Source of the DNA: Eledone cirrhosa
Taxonomy: Eukaryota
Reading direction: 5' to 3'
NCBI GenBank assembly: GCA_964016885.1
Contig: OZ024742.1
Location: 299,894,001-299,958,000 of the forward strand
DNA length: 64,000 nucleotides
Both the position numbers and the translations under genes were made by a program. This document shows positions 51,301 through 64,000 of the stretch, one piece after another. The notes under the pieces were generated by a model that worked only from the letters and a program-made list of their open reading frames with translations, did no database searches and was not told where the DNA came from. Numbering within the stretch: the first letter of the stretch is position 1; the number at the start of each line of letters is the position of its first letter.

Positions 51301-51812
51301 CGCCTGAGCAGGTTGGTGAGGCTCTTGCACCCTCCACCCCTATCCGCTAATCCCACACAGTCCCAGCGTGCATCTAAGATCCCGTTCCAGTCGCCCACTA
51401 ACACTAAAGAGCGGGACGTTCCAAGAAAGGTCTCCAGACGCCGGAAGAAATCAGGCCGCCCTGCTCCTGTCGGGGCATAGACGGCCACTAGCCTGAAAGC
51501 TTGCCCGTCTCCGCTGGTCACGTCCAGCACCACCAGCTTACCCTCTGGGTCCAGGAAGATGGCCCGTATGGCGAGATCCAAACCTCTCCGAAAAAGCACA
51601 GCAACTCCTCCACCCGATCCAGGACGGCTGGGAGATGCGTACACATCGTAGCCGCCGAAGATCGGTGCGAAGGCCCGTGCTTCGGAGATTCTGGTCTCGC
51701 TGATGGCCACTACATCTATGTTTAGTGACCTGAGGTCGTTGAGCAGGTGACCCTGCTTCCATGACGACCCCAAGCCACACGCATTTATGCTGCCTATTCT
51801 GAGTGAGGTCAT
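48394..51812 (-). pseudogene. Tx1 ORF2 (APE endonuclease, RT, C-terminal Zn finger)
   Basis: SINACGL, ISET, VYAP, GDWN, YLDR, TDH, GPGYWKLN; KSPGLDG, FRPITLLN, DQSKAFD, RQGCPLS, AYADD; CPRC..ETVLHTLVQC. At least three frameshifts. Confidence 0.93.
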
Positions 51813-51847
51813 GTTTAAAATAGAGTGGAAAAGATGGGAAAGACCAC

Positions 51848-53957
51848 TTACCGTACTTTTGGTAGAGGAGGGATGGTTTTTACATCCCTTTTCACTTGAT
51901 CGTCTGGTGAAGGGACCGTTGAATCGTCCCTTCGGCTGGTCGTCGGCTCTTCTAAGAGAATGTCTGAATATACTCTTCGATTGATGGTTCCTCCTAGGTC
52001 CCTGAAATCACCAACTGCGTTGGGGAATTTCGTTTTAATGTTTGTGTATTGTTTCTGTGCTATTTTTAGCAGTCTTATGTTAGTTGGCGTTTTGATTGGT
52101 GCTGGTATTATGTAGTCCTGTTGTGAAATGTCTGTGTGTTCAATTATGTAAGTCATTAGTTTCTTGTTGTGTGTGTTTATTGCCGTGCATTTGTTTTTCT
52201 GGGGGTGGGGTGTGGTTCTGCTATTTTCTTGTCGTTGTTGCTGGGTGTGTGTGTTTTGTTGTTGTGTTTGCGATGTTGGTGCTTGTGGTGGTGGTGGTGT
52301 TGAAGGTGTTGTTGGCGGTGGGGTTGTCGCCGGTGGTGATGGTGGTGCTGGTGTGGGTGGTGATGGTGTTGGTGGTGTTGCTGCTGTGGGTCTCTTTGCA
52401 GTAGACTTTACCCTTTTCTCATTTCTTTCCTCCCTTTTCAAAGGCGACGATGCGCTGCTTCTGCGTTTGTGCCTTCTTGCGACCTTTTGCCATCCCTCTC
52501 CCACCTCACACTCCATGTCTGATTCTGTGAGGTCGGGGAGGGGTACCAGCTCCACTCTTTCACTTGTTGTTGTTGGTGATGTTTGCACTGGAGTCTATGT
52601 TGCAGCTGCATTTGGTATTGCTGTTGTTGTTGTTAATATTTCCACTGCTGCTGCTGTTTTTGATTTCCGTGGAGTGGGTATGGGTGCCACGGACCTATCG
52701 TTCCTGGTTGCCGCTTGTCCTGTTGCTGGTAGCCGTGGAGCCGGATTCGGAAGGAGGGGGGTTTTCTCCTTTCTCAGGGTCTTCTCGTTGCAGAAGGCCC
52801 TGAGGTGAGTCTTCGATCCACAGCGAAAGCATTTCGGGCGTTTGCCCTCAACACTTATGGGCAGTTGAGTGCCGTTATCGAAGTCTATCACATCCGGGAT
52901 AGCTTCGATGCACTCCTGGTTGGTTTGGATTAGCATCTCAATGGAGGAGCCGACCCAATCTTCTCTTACTTTTTTCTGTACTTGCAGTACAGTTGTTTTG
53001 TCCTCGATTCCGACGAGGACAGACGCGGCCAGCCAAGAAGGGGTCATTCCGGGGCGGGGGGGGGGGGGCGTGGGTCAGTTTGACCCTCACAATTTTTTGC
53101 CCGCAGTAGGAGGGCACCAACACCATTTCCTCGCTCCTTAGGGTCACTACTGATTGGGCCTTTGCCTCCTGGGGTGTGGCAAAAAGTACGTCTACGGTGG
53201 CATATTTTTTGCCTCGGGTGATGTGCGTTTTCCGCTGCCACACAGACCCCAAGGCTTTTTGTATTTGGGCCTCTGTGGCTCTTTCCACCCTACGGGATTT
53301 TGTACTTACTGTACGGTACGTGACCGTACAGTGCTCTTGGGTTTCGAAAAATTTTTCCGCTGCCTTGCAGATTGCTCGGTGTCCGTTCTTTGTCACCATC
53401 TTCTTCGCTTCCTCTAATTCCTCATTTGTTATGAGGATTGTTTCCAAGTTTTTCGCAATACCTGCAAATGAGATTGGTTTTTCTCTGCTGTTGTTGTTGT
53501 CGTCAGAGCTGCTGGTACTTTTGTTGTTGCTGCAGGTACTACGACTACTGCCTCCGCCGCTGTTGCTGTGGTTGTTGTTGGTGTTGCTGCTGCTAATGCT
53601 GTTGTTGTTTATGCTGCTGGTGATGCTGTTGCGGCTGCTACTGTTGTTTTCATTGTCACTGTTGCTGTTGTTATTACGGCTGCTACTGCTATTATTCCTG
53701 ACGTCAGACGAATGAACTGGGTTTTCGTATTTCCCGCACACCTGTTTCGTCGCTGTCGTCGTCGTCGTGGAGAAACCTTGCACGCTTTGCACGAGACTTT
53801 TCTTTTCTTTCGTCACTTGCGAAAGAGAAGGGAGGGAGAGAGACACATGTAAAGAAGGGAGGGAGAGAGACATTCTTCTCTCTGCTGTAGTGATGATTGA
53901 GGAAGAAGAAGACGGAATGAGTGGGAGTGACGTATGGAATTTCTTTTTCGTAGCCAT
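51848..53957 (-). pseudogene. Tx1 ORF1 (gag-like; CFRCGSKTHLRAFC knuckle; N/S-rich and P/T-rich tracts)
   Basis: Three ORF pieces joined by a frameshift at the G run near 53060 and an in-frame TAG at 52595. Confidence 0.8.
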
Positions 53958-54190
53958 GTTGTTTTTTGTTTAAAATGAAATTTTGGGTACAAAACCCCAA
54001 TAACTGGTTATTTAACCCCGAAGGGCCAAATAACGGACAGAAAGACCCCTCTCACGAGGAGGAGGGTGTCTTTATCAACAATTTGGTTCAAGCTTTAAAC
54101 AATTTACAATTGTTTTAACGGTTAAAAATTACTATACCTTACAGAGCCGAGCCTCCGTCAACCATGGCATTCAATAATAATAATAATAAT

Positions 54191-54990
54191 AATGGTTTTT
54201 TATATAGGCACAAGGCCAGCAATTTTGGGGGAGGGGAAAGTCTATTAAATCGACCCTAGTGCGTGACTGGTACTTTATTTTATCGACCCCGTAAGAAATA
54301 AAGGCAAAGTTAACCTCGGCGGAATTTGAACTCAGACCACAAAGGGACGTAACTATGCTGGAAAGCATGGCGTCCGACCCTCTACCGATACTGCGAATAA
54401 TAATAATAATTGTTTCTACTTTTGGCACAAGGCCAGAAATTAACCAGTGTATTACTGGTACTTTATTTGATCGACACAAGACCAGCAATTTGTGAGTTGA
54501 GGAGAAAGTCGATTAAATCGACCCCAGTGAGTGACTGGTACTTTATTTTATCGACCACGTAAGATGAAAAACAAAGCTAAGCTTGGCAGGACTTGAAATC
54601 AGAACGTAAAGGACCATAACTCTCTGCCGCGAAGCATGCTATCCGACACTCTACCGATACTGCTAATCCACCGCCGTTAATGTTTTCTGATTTTGACACA
54701 AGGCCAACAATTTTGGAGGAGGGGAATGTCGATTAAATAGACCCCCGTTGCGTTAATGCTACTTTATTTTATCGACTCCGAAAGGATGAAAGGATTTGAA
54801 CTCAGAGCGTAAAGTACCGGAAAAAATACTGTAAAATATTTGAAAGACACCCTATTTACTCCGCCAACCCACTACTCTCAATAGTTTCTAATGTAGGTAC
54901 AAGGTCGCCACTTTGGGGAAACGTAATTGGTATTATATCGGCACAATACTGGACTGGTACTTTATTTTATCGTCCTCGGAAGAATGAAAC
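54191..54990 (-). mobile_element. Tandem array of about five SINE family B units
   Basis: Head-to-tail copies, increasingly diverged toward 54990. Confidence 0.85.
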
Positions 54991-55419
54991 AGAACTGGAA
55001 ACTGAAATAGAAATGGCCAATATCAGTAGTTGTTACTTACAATTCTACCAGACCACGTGGAGGTATTTGCTGGAGTTAGGGTTGTCTGGAAGTTATCGGG
55101 GGTATGAACACTTTCGAAAATGTATCAGATGTTTCTCTCCAGGGACCTTACCTTACTATGAAAAACTCGACGTATTTTAGAATCGAATAAGACAAAACTA
55201 TACATGACTCTCTCAAAATCACAACCCGGATTCAAACAACTTCACAACCACAACAATAACCAAGAACTCCACCCCCCACCCAACCCCCCACCCCAAAAAA
55301 CAAAACCCCAGAAAAATAAAGCCAAGGAGCTGATTGTCAGATAGGACCAAGGCAACAATGTTTCCATTGGTTTTTCAATTGCTATGTAAATACATACACA
55401 CACATACACACACACACAT

Positions 55420-55474
<55 letters not shown>

Positions 55475-56347
55475 GACACAAACGTACATGCATATATATG
55501 TGTGTATAAGTACGCACCCAAATATGCATATATGGATGAATATAATTATACACACACACACGCCAACACAAACATACATGCAGATATTAGTTTCGGCTAA
55601 CTGAGCATCTAGTCCAACTTTTTAAGAGTTCCACCAAAGCCCCACTGATAATTTGTTTATCGATTCGGAAAGGATGAAAGGTAAACTTGACACCGACGAG
55701 ATTAGAACAAAGAGCTCAGTGAACCGAAACTAATATCTGCATGTATGTTTGTGTCGTCGTGTGAGGCGTATATGATTATATTCATGCATATATGCGTATT
55801 TGTCTCCGTACTTATACACACATATGTATTGTTTCTACTTTTGGCACAAGGCCAGCAATGACTCAGTACATTACTGGTACTTTATTTTATCGACTCCGTA
55901 AGGATGAAAGGCAAAGTTAACCTCGACGGGATTTGAACTCAGACCGTAAAGGGACGTAACTATGCTAGAAAGCATGGCTTCCAACCCTCAACCGATACTG
56001 CCAATTCACCGCCCTTACACACATATATGCATAAACGTTTGTGTCGACGTGTGTGTGTAGGTATATATTCGTGTCTATATGCGTATTTGTGTACGTACTT
56101 ATACACACATATATGCATGTATGTTTGTGTCTGCATGTGTGTGTATGTATATATTTATGTAGATTTAAAGGGAAATATCTAAGTACTAAAACCCGACGTC
56201 CTAACGCCGTCTAGAACCTAACAAAAGAAATACACGACAGCTTCAACATCAACAACAAATTTCTCACAACCACCATAACTACTATTGGCATCACAAAAGC
56301 TTTCCAATCCATTCCTTGCAATCTACTAACACAGAATTTTGAACGTC

Positions 56348-56408
<61 letters not shown>

Positions 56409-59199
56409 GACACACACCCATACACACACACCATACACACACATACATACACCATACACATACACACACATACACGCATGCACACGCACACAAACGCACG
56501 AATGCACGCACGTACGCACACGCACACACATATACACATACACTTCGCTACGTGTCAGATTGTCTATTCAATTGCTATGTAGTATCCTCATTGTGTGACT
56601 GCAAGTCAAGATAATAAATATGAAGATGATTGAAAGAATCAGTGAATGTGTTAGGCTTTCAAATAACCTCCTCTGTAGACATAGTATAGGCCTGAATATC
56701 ATTTGAGAAATAAAGAACGTTAAATCTAGAAACATAATAAAGAGTTAAGTTGAAATCTCTTAATTTCCATCGTGTAATTGTTCAGTATCACATTGAAATT
56801 CTTCTCTGTTCCCGACTTAAAATTAATCCCAGGCTATGAATAGTAATTACCTATAAATGCAAACAGTTAAGATTTTAAATATATAATTTTACATAAGTTA
56901 TTTACAAGCACGACCTAAGGCAGAAAAGACCGAACAGAGCCTCTCGCGTACTTATGTATATACCTGTGTGTGTGTGTGTGTATGTGTGTATTTATGTGTG
57001 TGTGTATATATATATATATTTATGTGTGTGTGTGTATGTATATATATGTATGCGCGTATGTGTGTGTGTGTGTAAATATGTATGTATATGTACATATATA
57101 TGCACGCCTGTATATATGCAAACAAATGTGTGGAATAGTTAATTGCTTACCTTTTCGTATTAAGAGGTGTGAAAAAAAAATTAATATTTTATTAGTATTT
57201 AAATGTTGATTAATTTCATTTCTTCGATTGTGTAGACAGATTCTAAATGGCCATTATTCTTGTTGTGGTGCCATAAAAATAAAGACGTAGATCTGTGTGG
57301 TTAGGGGTGTTCAGTTTACGATCGTAAGAACAGTGTCAGTAGAGCGTCGAACAACATGCTTCGCGGCATAGAGTTACGAGCCTTCCCGTTCTGTGTTCAA
57401 ATCCCACCGAGGTTAACTTTGCCTTTCATCCTTACGAGGTCGATAAAATAAAGTACCAGTCACGCACTGGGGTCGATTTAATCGACTTTCCCTTGCCCCA
57501 AAATTGCTGGCCTTATGCCTATATAAGAAACTGTTATTTCGATATCTGACGGCTCGTTGTATCCTTAAGCAAAACAATACTTCACGCCACTCCATTCCAC
57601 GCCGTTGTCAAAAATGATTTCTATCTGTAATTCAATAGGCCAGCCTTGTCATGTGCTGTTTCACGTTGAATTTCCCTGAGAACTACATTAAGGTTTGTGG
57701 AATGCTCAAACACTTGCACGTAAATTTTACAAGCAGGCTGTCCGTTCATCGAATCGAATCAACTAAAACAATCATCGTGGTAATCGACGGAAGCTCCAAC
57801 ACACACCACACGACACAGTATTTAACATAGGATGGGATAATGGCAGAATCATTAGAGCCTCAGACAAAATACTTTACGGCATTTATTTACGGTTCTTTAC
57901 GTTGAGTTCAAATTTCAGGGAGGTCAACTTTCCTTTTCATTCTTCCGCGGTCGATAAAATAATGTACCAGTCACATACTGAGTCAATATAATAGAGTTTC
58001 TTCTTTTTCCAAAATGTCGGCTTAAGGACTAAATTAGAAATCACAAATTCCAACAGTATTTCAATATATTAAAATATAATAAGGTCGCTTAACCCTTGAT
58101 GGAGTCGTAAGGATCTTAGGCGTTTTAAACCTGGTGAGATCCATCACTCTCCAGGTCAGAATACAGCCGATTTCTTCCAGTGACAGAAAGAAAAACTAAG
58201 CTCAGAACTGATATTTTATTTATCGACTTTGAAATTATGAAAAGCAAAGATGACCAGGGCGATATATGAAACCAGAGCACTGAGAACCGGGACTCGTACC
58301 GCGAAGCATTCTACCCAACGTTCTAACAACTCTGTGAATTCGCCGCCCATTGCAATATAAACCATATTGAAATTAATTCTAAAATTATGTGTAGAGCATT
58401 CATGTATGTATAAGTATATATGCCTGTGTGTATAAGTATATAAAGATCTTACAGTTATTTTCAATTCAACAGTAGTAATTGATTATCGTCAATGTTAGGT
58501 GGAATAATCTCTGAGAGATTTAATGCATTGTTTGCATACCATTGTTGTTTCTTCTATTGGTTAAATACGAGCATGGCTAAATGGTAAAGATGTTTGATTC
58601 GCAACAATTAGGTCCAGGGTTCGACCCCATACAGTGGTATCTTGGGCAAATGTCATTTCCCTCCCACCCCCTTGAATCGACCCAGCCTTGTGAGTGAAAT
58701 TTCTCTCCTTTTCCATTCAATACTTTATATAAACTTTACTATATGATTACCTCTATTTTGTGGGTTAGAGATTTGATTTACAGAGAATACGAAACCGAAA
58801 CAAAACACTTCATATACATGTATATAAGGTGCAACGTATGTCATTAGTTAGATTTTTGGTGATGCGTTGTTTCCTTGAGCAAGACATTTATTTCACGTTG
58901 CCTCAGTCCTCTCAGCTGACGAAAACATGAATTCCACTTGTAATTTTGTGTCAATGTGAATCTTTTTGAGAAGAGAATTAGATTAACAGTAGACATATCT
59001 ATGGAACGTTTAGTCATATAGTCATATGCACGTTAATTTTACAAGCAGGCTGTTAAGTTCTCCGGACAACTAGAACACCTGTCTTCGGAGCCGAAAGATA
59101 TCCAACACACACATAACACACATTTATAGGGTAACTCGCTGGCTTGGCAGAATACTCGAATACCAGTCAACCAAGATACATATGACATAAATCACACAT

Positions 59200-59255
<56 letters not shown>

Positions 59256-59933
59256 GCGCGCGTTCGCACACAGTCATTATTATCATTAAACAACAAGCTA
59301 AAACTTTGCTATCATATAATCTATTCTCACTGAAAGCTTCTCTTAACAACCAATGACATCATTCTAAGTTTCCAGTACATTAATATCAAACGAAGCACGA
59401 ATAAATAAATAATTTTAAATCTAGTGAAACTCGATCTTCTATTAAAAGTATTTCCGGTGAATTTCCTGTCTGAAGGACAGTTCCATGGCAGAAGCAGCAA
59501 CATCTTAGAATTATTCCATTGTTTCAAGTATGTTTCCAACAGTATCTCGTGCCAAGTACAGCTAACCAAACAATACTTAATAACATTTCATGATTCCTTC
59601 TTGGTTTTCAACCAGTGGTGACATCAACCAACCGAAACCCATTAAGTCCATGATTATTGGCTACTATTCGAACGTCGAAAGATGGGCGAAGTAATAGTGT
59701 ATAGAATATTTAGTGTTTAGTTATGTTCTTCAATGTTCACGATTCAAATCTCACCGAGGTTGTTCTTGCCTTTCTATCTTTCCAGGACTGATATTTGTTT
59801 AAACGTCCGTATAAAGCTAGTAAGCCATGACATACTAGTGGAAGTATTGAGCACTCCTTACAGTTGGTAATCAAAAAGAGCTAGTGAGACAAGTAACAAA
59901 AAAAATTAAAAAGGAAAAAATAACAGAAAAAAA

Positions 59934-60086
59934 TTCTTCTTCGCCCACTTATTCCTGAGAGGGTCGTTGGGGACAGAGTCCTCAAACACTCCTTCCAGCA
60001 GGTCCCGTCAGAAGCAACCGTCAACAACTGATCCGGCTGGATCCACAAGCGTGACCAGCCAAGCACATGGATGTTATCCAACCACC
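59934..60086 (-). mobile_element. Rex3/Expander-like RTE 3' end
   Basis: WSRLWIQPDQL..ASDGTCWKECLRTL; homologous to 43500-43630. Confidence 0.72.
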
Positions 60087-61978
60087 TTTCTCAAGGTCTA
60101 AATAAACATAACAATAAAAATAAAAATTACAAATATTGAAGGCTAACGGGAGGCAGATTATGCATAAGAAAACGAAAAAGAAAAAGAAAATTGGAAACAA
60201 GGGATGTTGTAAAACAGCAAGAATAGAAGTACGGTCGAAACACGGAGTGTTGAGCATCCGTCGGTTTTTTACTGAGTGTTGCAGTTGTATGATCAGCGGA
60301 ACATCCTGCCCATTAACATGGAAGTGGCTGAGTATTCCATAGACAAGTGTACCATTTAAATAATTCTCAGAGACATTCAGCTTGATACAGTGTATGACAA
60401 ATCTGGCACTTTGAATTACTAGTACAACCCGTTTTTCCATGATGAGTGGACTGGAACAACGTAAAATGAAGTTCCTTACTCAAAGATACAACGCACCGTG
60501 GATATTCGAACTTACAACATTGCTGATGTAAGAAAGAATTATTAGGTATCGATTTGTTTATTTCTTTTTACGTGATCACATTAGAATTTCGATTTCGTAC
60601 AATTAGAGTGGATTTGCCAGTATGTACAGTAGATATGAACAAATTAGCTACAGAGTAAAATGATGGTGGATTGTACAACAACAGCATAACTACAAACGTA
60701 TCGGCTATTCGAAACACCCCATCAACGCTGTATTATATTCAACAGTCAAGACAACTTAAAGCAGTTGTTGTGGCAAACCTGCTAGCAGCCAAATAGTTAT
60801 TAAACACGAATACAAATTACCACTAGTGTCATTGACACCAGAATACAGTTAGTGACTATTTATTTATTTTTTATACCTCTTAGTCAAGGAGAGAAGCTCA
60901 GTAGTTACAACCGTCTATTTTTGTTCGGAGCTCCCGAGACTGTTGGTAGGAATGTATCCTCAAACTATAGACCTGATCCGAATGTTTGCAAGATAGTGAA
61001 CTCGGTTAAAGGTACCCAAGGACCAGGTGATGGTGTTAAATCGGATGGCGTTATCGTAGTTGTAATGAAAAACACTGCCTATGATTTTGATAGAAATTAG
61101 AGGAAGTTAATTAATATAACTAACTTGCTTATTATTAAGCTGGTGTTTGAATCATAACTTAACAAAATTTCTTACATAAAATTATTATGATAGAGTTAAC
61201 TATACCTCAATACTTATCTGATTTATCTGCTCTGTTAATTAGCTTCTAAGTTGCTGAGTAATCCATGGACAATTGTATCCCTAACGTATTCCTCGGGCAG
61301 AATTAAGGTGTCAAGGCTTGTCCTTTAAATTACAAGTTCAATAGATTCGGCAGCCTTTCACACAGTTTTCCAATCCTACTTACAAAGCTTGGGTCGATTC
61401 AATGCTATAGTAAAATACATAGAACCTACATTCAACTACAGAGGTATTCTCTATATTTATTCCAGACAAGTAATTATTTCAAATGACATTGTATATTGTT
61501 TTAGCAGCAACATCATGCTGAATTGGAAGGTAGTAACTTAATGACTTATTTGTTTATTTATTTATTCAATTATTTATTTGAATTCTTCTGTAAGAAAGGC
61601 ACTGCTATATAACAAATAAACAAATTCGTCGGAATTTGGATAACAAAAATGGCGTATCCCAAGTTGAACTTCAGAAAAACATGTATGTATGTGCGTGAGC
61701 GTGTATGTGTGTTGGTGAATGCAGATATTTTAAATAAATGTTTGTGTACATTAATTGCCTTGCCGTAAGGGTGTGTATTTTTGTTCGTATACATGCTTTT
61801 TAGTAAACATGTTTATATATGTTTGTATACATGTAAATATGTGTGTATGAATTTTTGGGTGTTGTAGGATTGTTCTTATATATTTTGTGTACAACGATGC
61901 GTCTTTATTTATATACACTAATTTGAAATGAGATTTGTGTAGCTCCTACTTCTCTTTCTATCTCTCCATTGACGTACA

Positions 61979-61981
<3 letters not shown>

Positions 61982-62040
<59 letters not shown>

Positions 62041-62051
62041 TACATATACAT

Positions 62052-62082
<31 letters not shown>

Positions 62083-62107
62083 CATACATATATATATATA
62101 TATACAT

Positions 62108-62173
<66 letters not shown>
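61982..62173. repeat. (TA)n/(TACA)n compound microsatellite
   Basis: Direct reading. Many other (TA)n, (CA)n and (GTT)n tracts occur across the window. Confidence 0.95.
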
Positions 62174-62177
<4 letters not shown>

Positions 62178-64000
62178 AGAGAGTTCTTAACGATAAGTTG
62201 TAGATTTATAGGTATAAAAAAATTATTGATGGGATGACTCACGGGTCGGCTGAACTCGAATACCAATCAACCAAGGTACAGATGACAATAAATCACACAA
62301 GCACGCACACACACACACACACACAAACACACAAATTTATTCAAATACATGCATGTATATATATGTTTACATACACACATAGATACATATACATGTATAT
62401 GTGTGTGGATATATGCATGTACATGTGGGGGGGGGGGCGTTTGCGTATAACATGTATATACACATAGAGTTTTTCAAAAATAAGAAAAAAATAAAACACG
62501 GAGAATAACGTCTCATTATTTTTCAAAGGTGGGGGGGGGGGTATATCAGGAAGAAATTGTTGAATCAAATTTTGATGATTGAACCTTTTAATTCTTCATC
62601 AATGTGGAAAATTGAATAGTTTAACATTTCCATTTATTTGCCAGGATTTTCGACAGACAAACCAATTGAAGCGTTCTACTCTACTTCATTCACACAAAAG
62701 TAAATAGCTTGTCTTTATATTGACTTTTCAACAAGTTTTCACTTCACTTTTGTATTTCTACTCTTGTTGTTGTTGTTCTTGTTGCTGTTGTTCCTGTTGT
62801 TGTTGTTGTTGTTGTTGCTGTTGTTGGAAGTGGTGGTGTTGTTGTTGTTACTACTGCTGCCACTTCTGTTGCTCTTACTGTTTTTATTGTTGTTTGATTC
62901 GTTGATTTCTTCTGATCTTTGCCAATTTCAGTACTTTTGAGATGTAAACAGGCAATAAGTTCCCGATAAATCGAGCTACGAAAACAGGCTCAAGTTGAAC
63001 AGTAAGTAAGAGAGAGAACTCCTTCAATATTAATTGATCCAAAAAGCAGCTGGATTTAGGATGTTGCTACAAAGCAATTAGAGATATAAATATCAAGTTA
63101 ACTACGCCAGATAAAAAAGGAAAAAGGATAGAGGAAAACTGAATGCCACCCTTTCAACCAAGGAAATCAGAATGTTACCTGGGTAATGTTTTAATAGTTC
63201 GTTATATTTCGGATAATGTATCCAATGACAAAAGAAATGTTAAAGAACTGCCAGAGGGTGATTTATGTGCCCCTTGCGATTGAAATTTTCCCCTGTACTT
63301 CGTGGATCCAGTTTCTTTCATTTTTTTTTATATTTCGACAGTACTGTTTTTAGACTCAGACACGTTTAAAGTGACTTATTAACTTCAAATTGTGAGTATA
63401 ATCTCAATTGGTAGAATTTCCTCTTCTTGAAGTAATTCCGATTTCTCGTAGTATTCAATAGTTTAGAGTACGATGAACTCTATCATGCTGATTTCTCATC
63501 GATATAATTGATGAAGATAACACACCTTGGTGGTGACTGAATAGGTCATTAATAGGTACAGTGCAGTTTCGTTTATATTCTAGTAACTTACTGTAGAGAA
63601 CTATGCTAATCCATGGTTTTAATGGTGGATCGTTCATAAGAGAATCAATTCATTGGGTTGTAGTGACAACGAATTACTGGCGAGCGGAGTTCAACAGTCA
63701 TTTTCTTACCCAGAAATCCGGTTTTTTCATACTCATCGAACCAACGAGTACGTTTCTAAGAGGTGGCTTAACGTACTAGAAATAACAACGAAATCTCTCT
63801 CATATTGCACTACTTAATGCAAGCCAAGATATAATATGCCTGAACAAAATAGCAGGATGGTCATGTTTGAAACACCTTTGACCATAGATCTGCTTGAACT
63901 AGCATGATCTTGGCTGAATAACAATGACTAATGGTAATTTAAATAGCTTTTGATCGAACAATTGGAACCTTCATCTTTGAAAGCGACGGTAAGGGTCCAT

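Larger units (their letters stand above)
48133..54172 (-). mobile_element. Full-length Tx1/L1-clade LINE with frameshifts
   Basis: 5' UTR, ORF1 with CCHC knuckle, ORF2 EN-RT-Zn finger, AATAAA and (ATT)n tail. GC-rich relative to the host. Confidence 0.93.

Noticed and set aside
53050-53070. Programmed frameshift in Tx1 ORF1
   Set aside because: It lies in a long G/C homopolymer and is more likely a sequencing error or slippage mutation.
49410-53973. Long plus-strand ORFs over the Tx1 element, and similar antisense ORFs over the RTEs
   Set aside because: Antisense shadows of GC-rich coding sequence, with no recognisable domains.
47700-54990. Regularly repeated units resembling a CRISPR or tRNA array
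   Set aside because: The units are ~190-bp SINEs with no unique spacers, in eukaryotic DNA.

Overview
AT-rich, microsatellite-dense animal genomic DNA. The SINE/LINE repertoire suggests an octopus or other coleoid cephalopod (inference). Host genes: the last four coding exons of NAE1/APPBP1 (+, 17-5514), and a complete four-exon AQP4-like aquaporin (-, 6494-14655) arranged tail-to-tail with it. The aquaporin has non-canonical NPS/NPV motifs and Ile in place of the ar/R His. I found no host exon in the remaining ~49 kb, which is a transposon mosaic: RTE LINEs (an inverted pair brackets aquaporin exon 1), a Neptune-type Penelope element with 407-bp inverted pseudo-LTRs, a full-length Tx1/L1-clade LINE inside a tandem SINE array, Vingi, CRE and Rex3-like remnants, two tRNA-derived SINE families, three non-autonomous Helitrons and hAT-type MITEs. 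Most notable observations: (1) (TA)n-embedded fold-back elements carrying minimal hammerhead ribozymes, several pivoting at or beside the ribozyme, one with an intact hammerhead on both strands; (2) an in-frame U-UUU-UUA slippery site joining an upstream ORF to the Penelope RT ORF; (3) a 3' tail shared by the Tx1 LINE and the SINE array it sits in; (4) the aquaporin pore substitutions. All alignments and folds were done by eye, and repeat boundaries are approximate.
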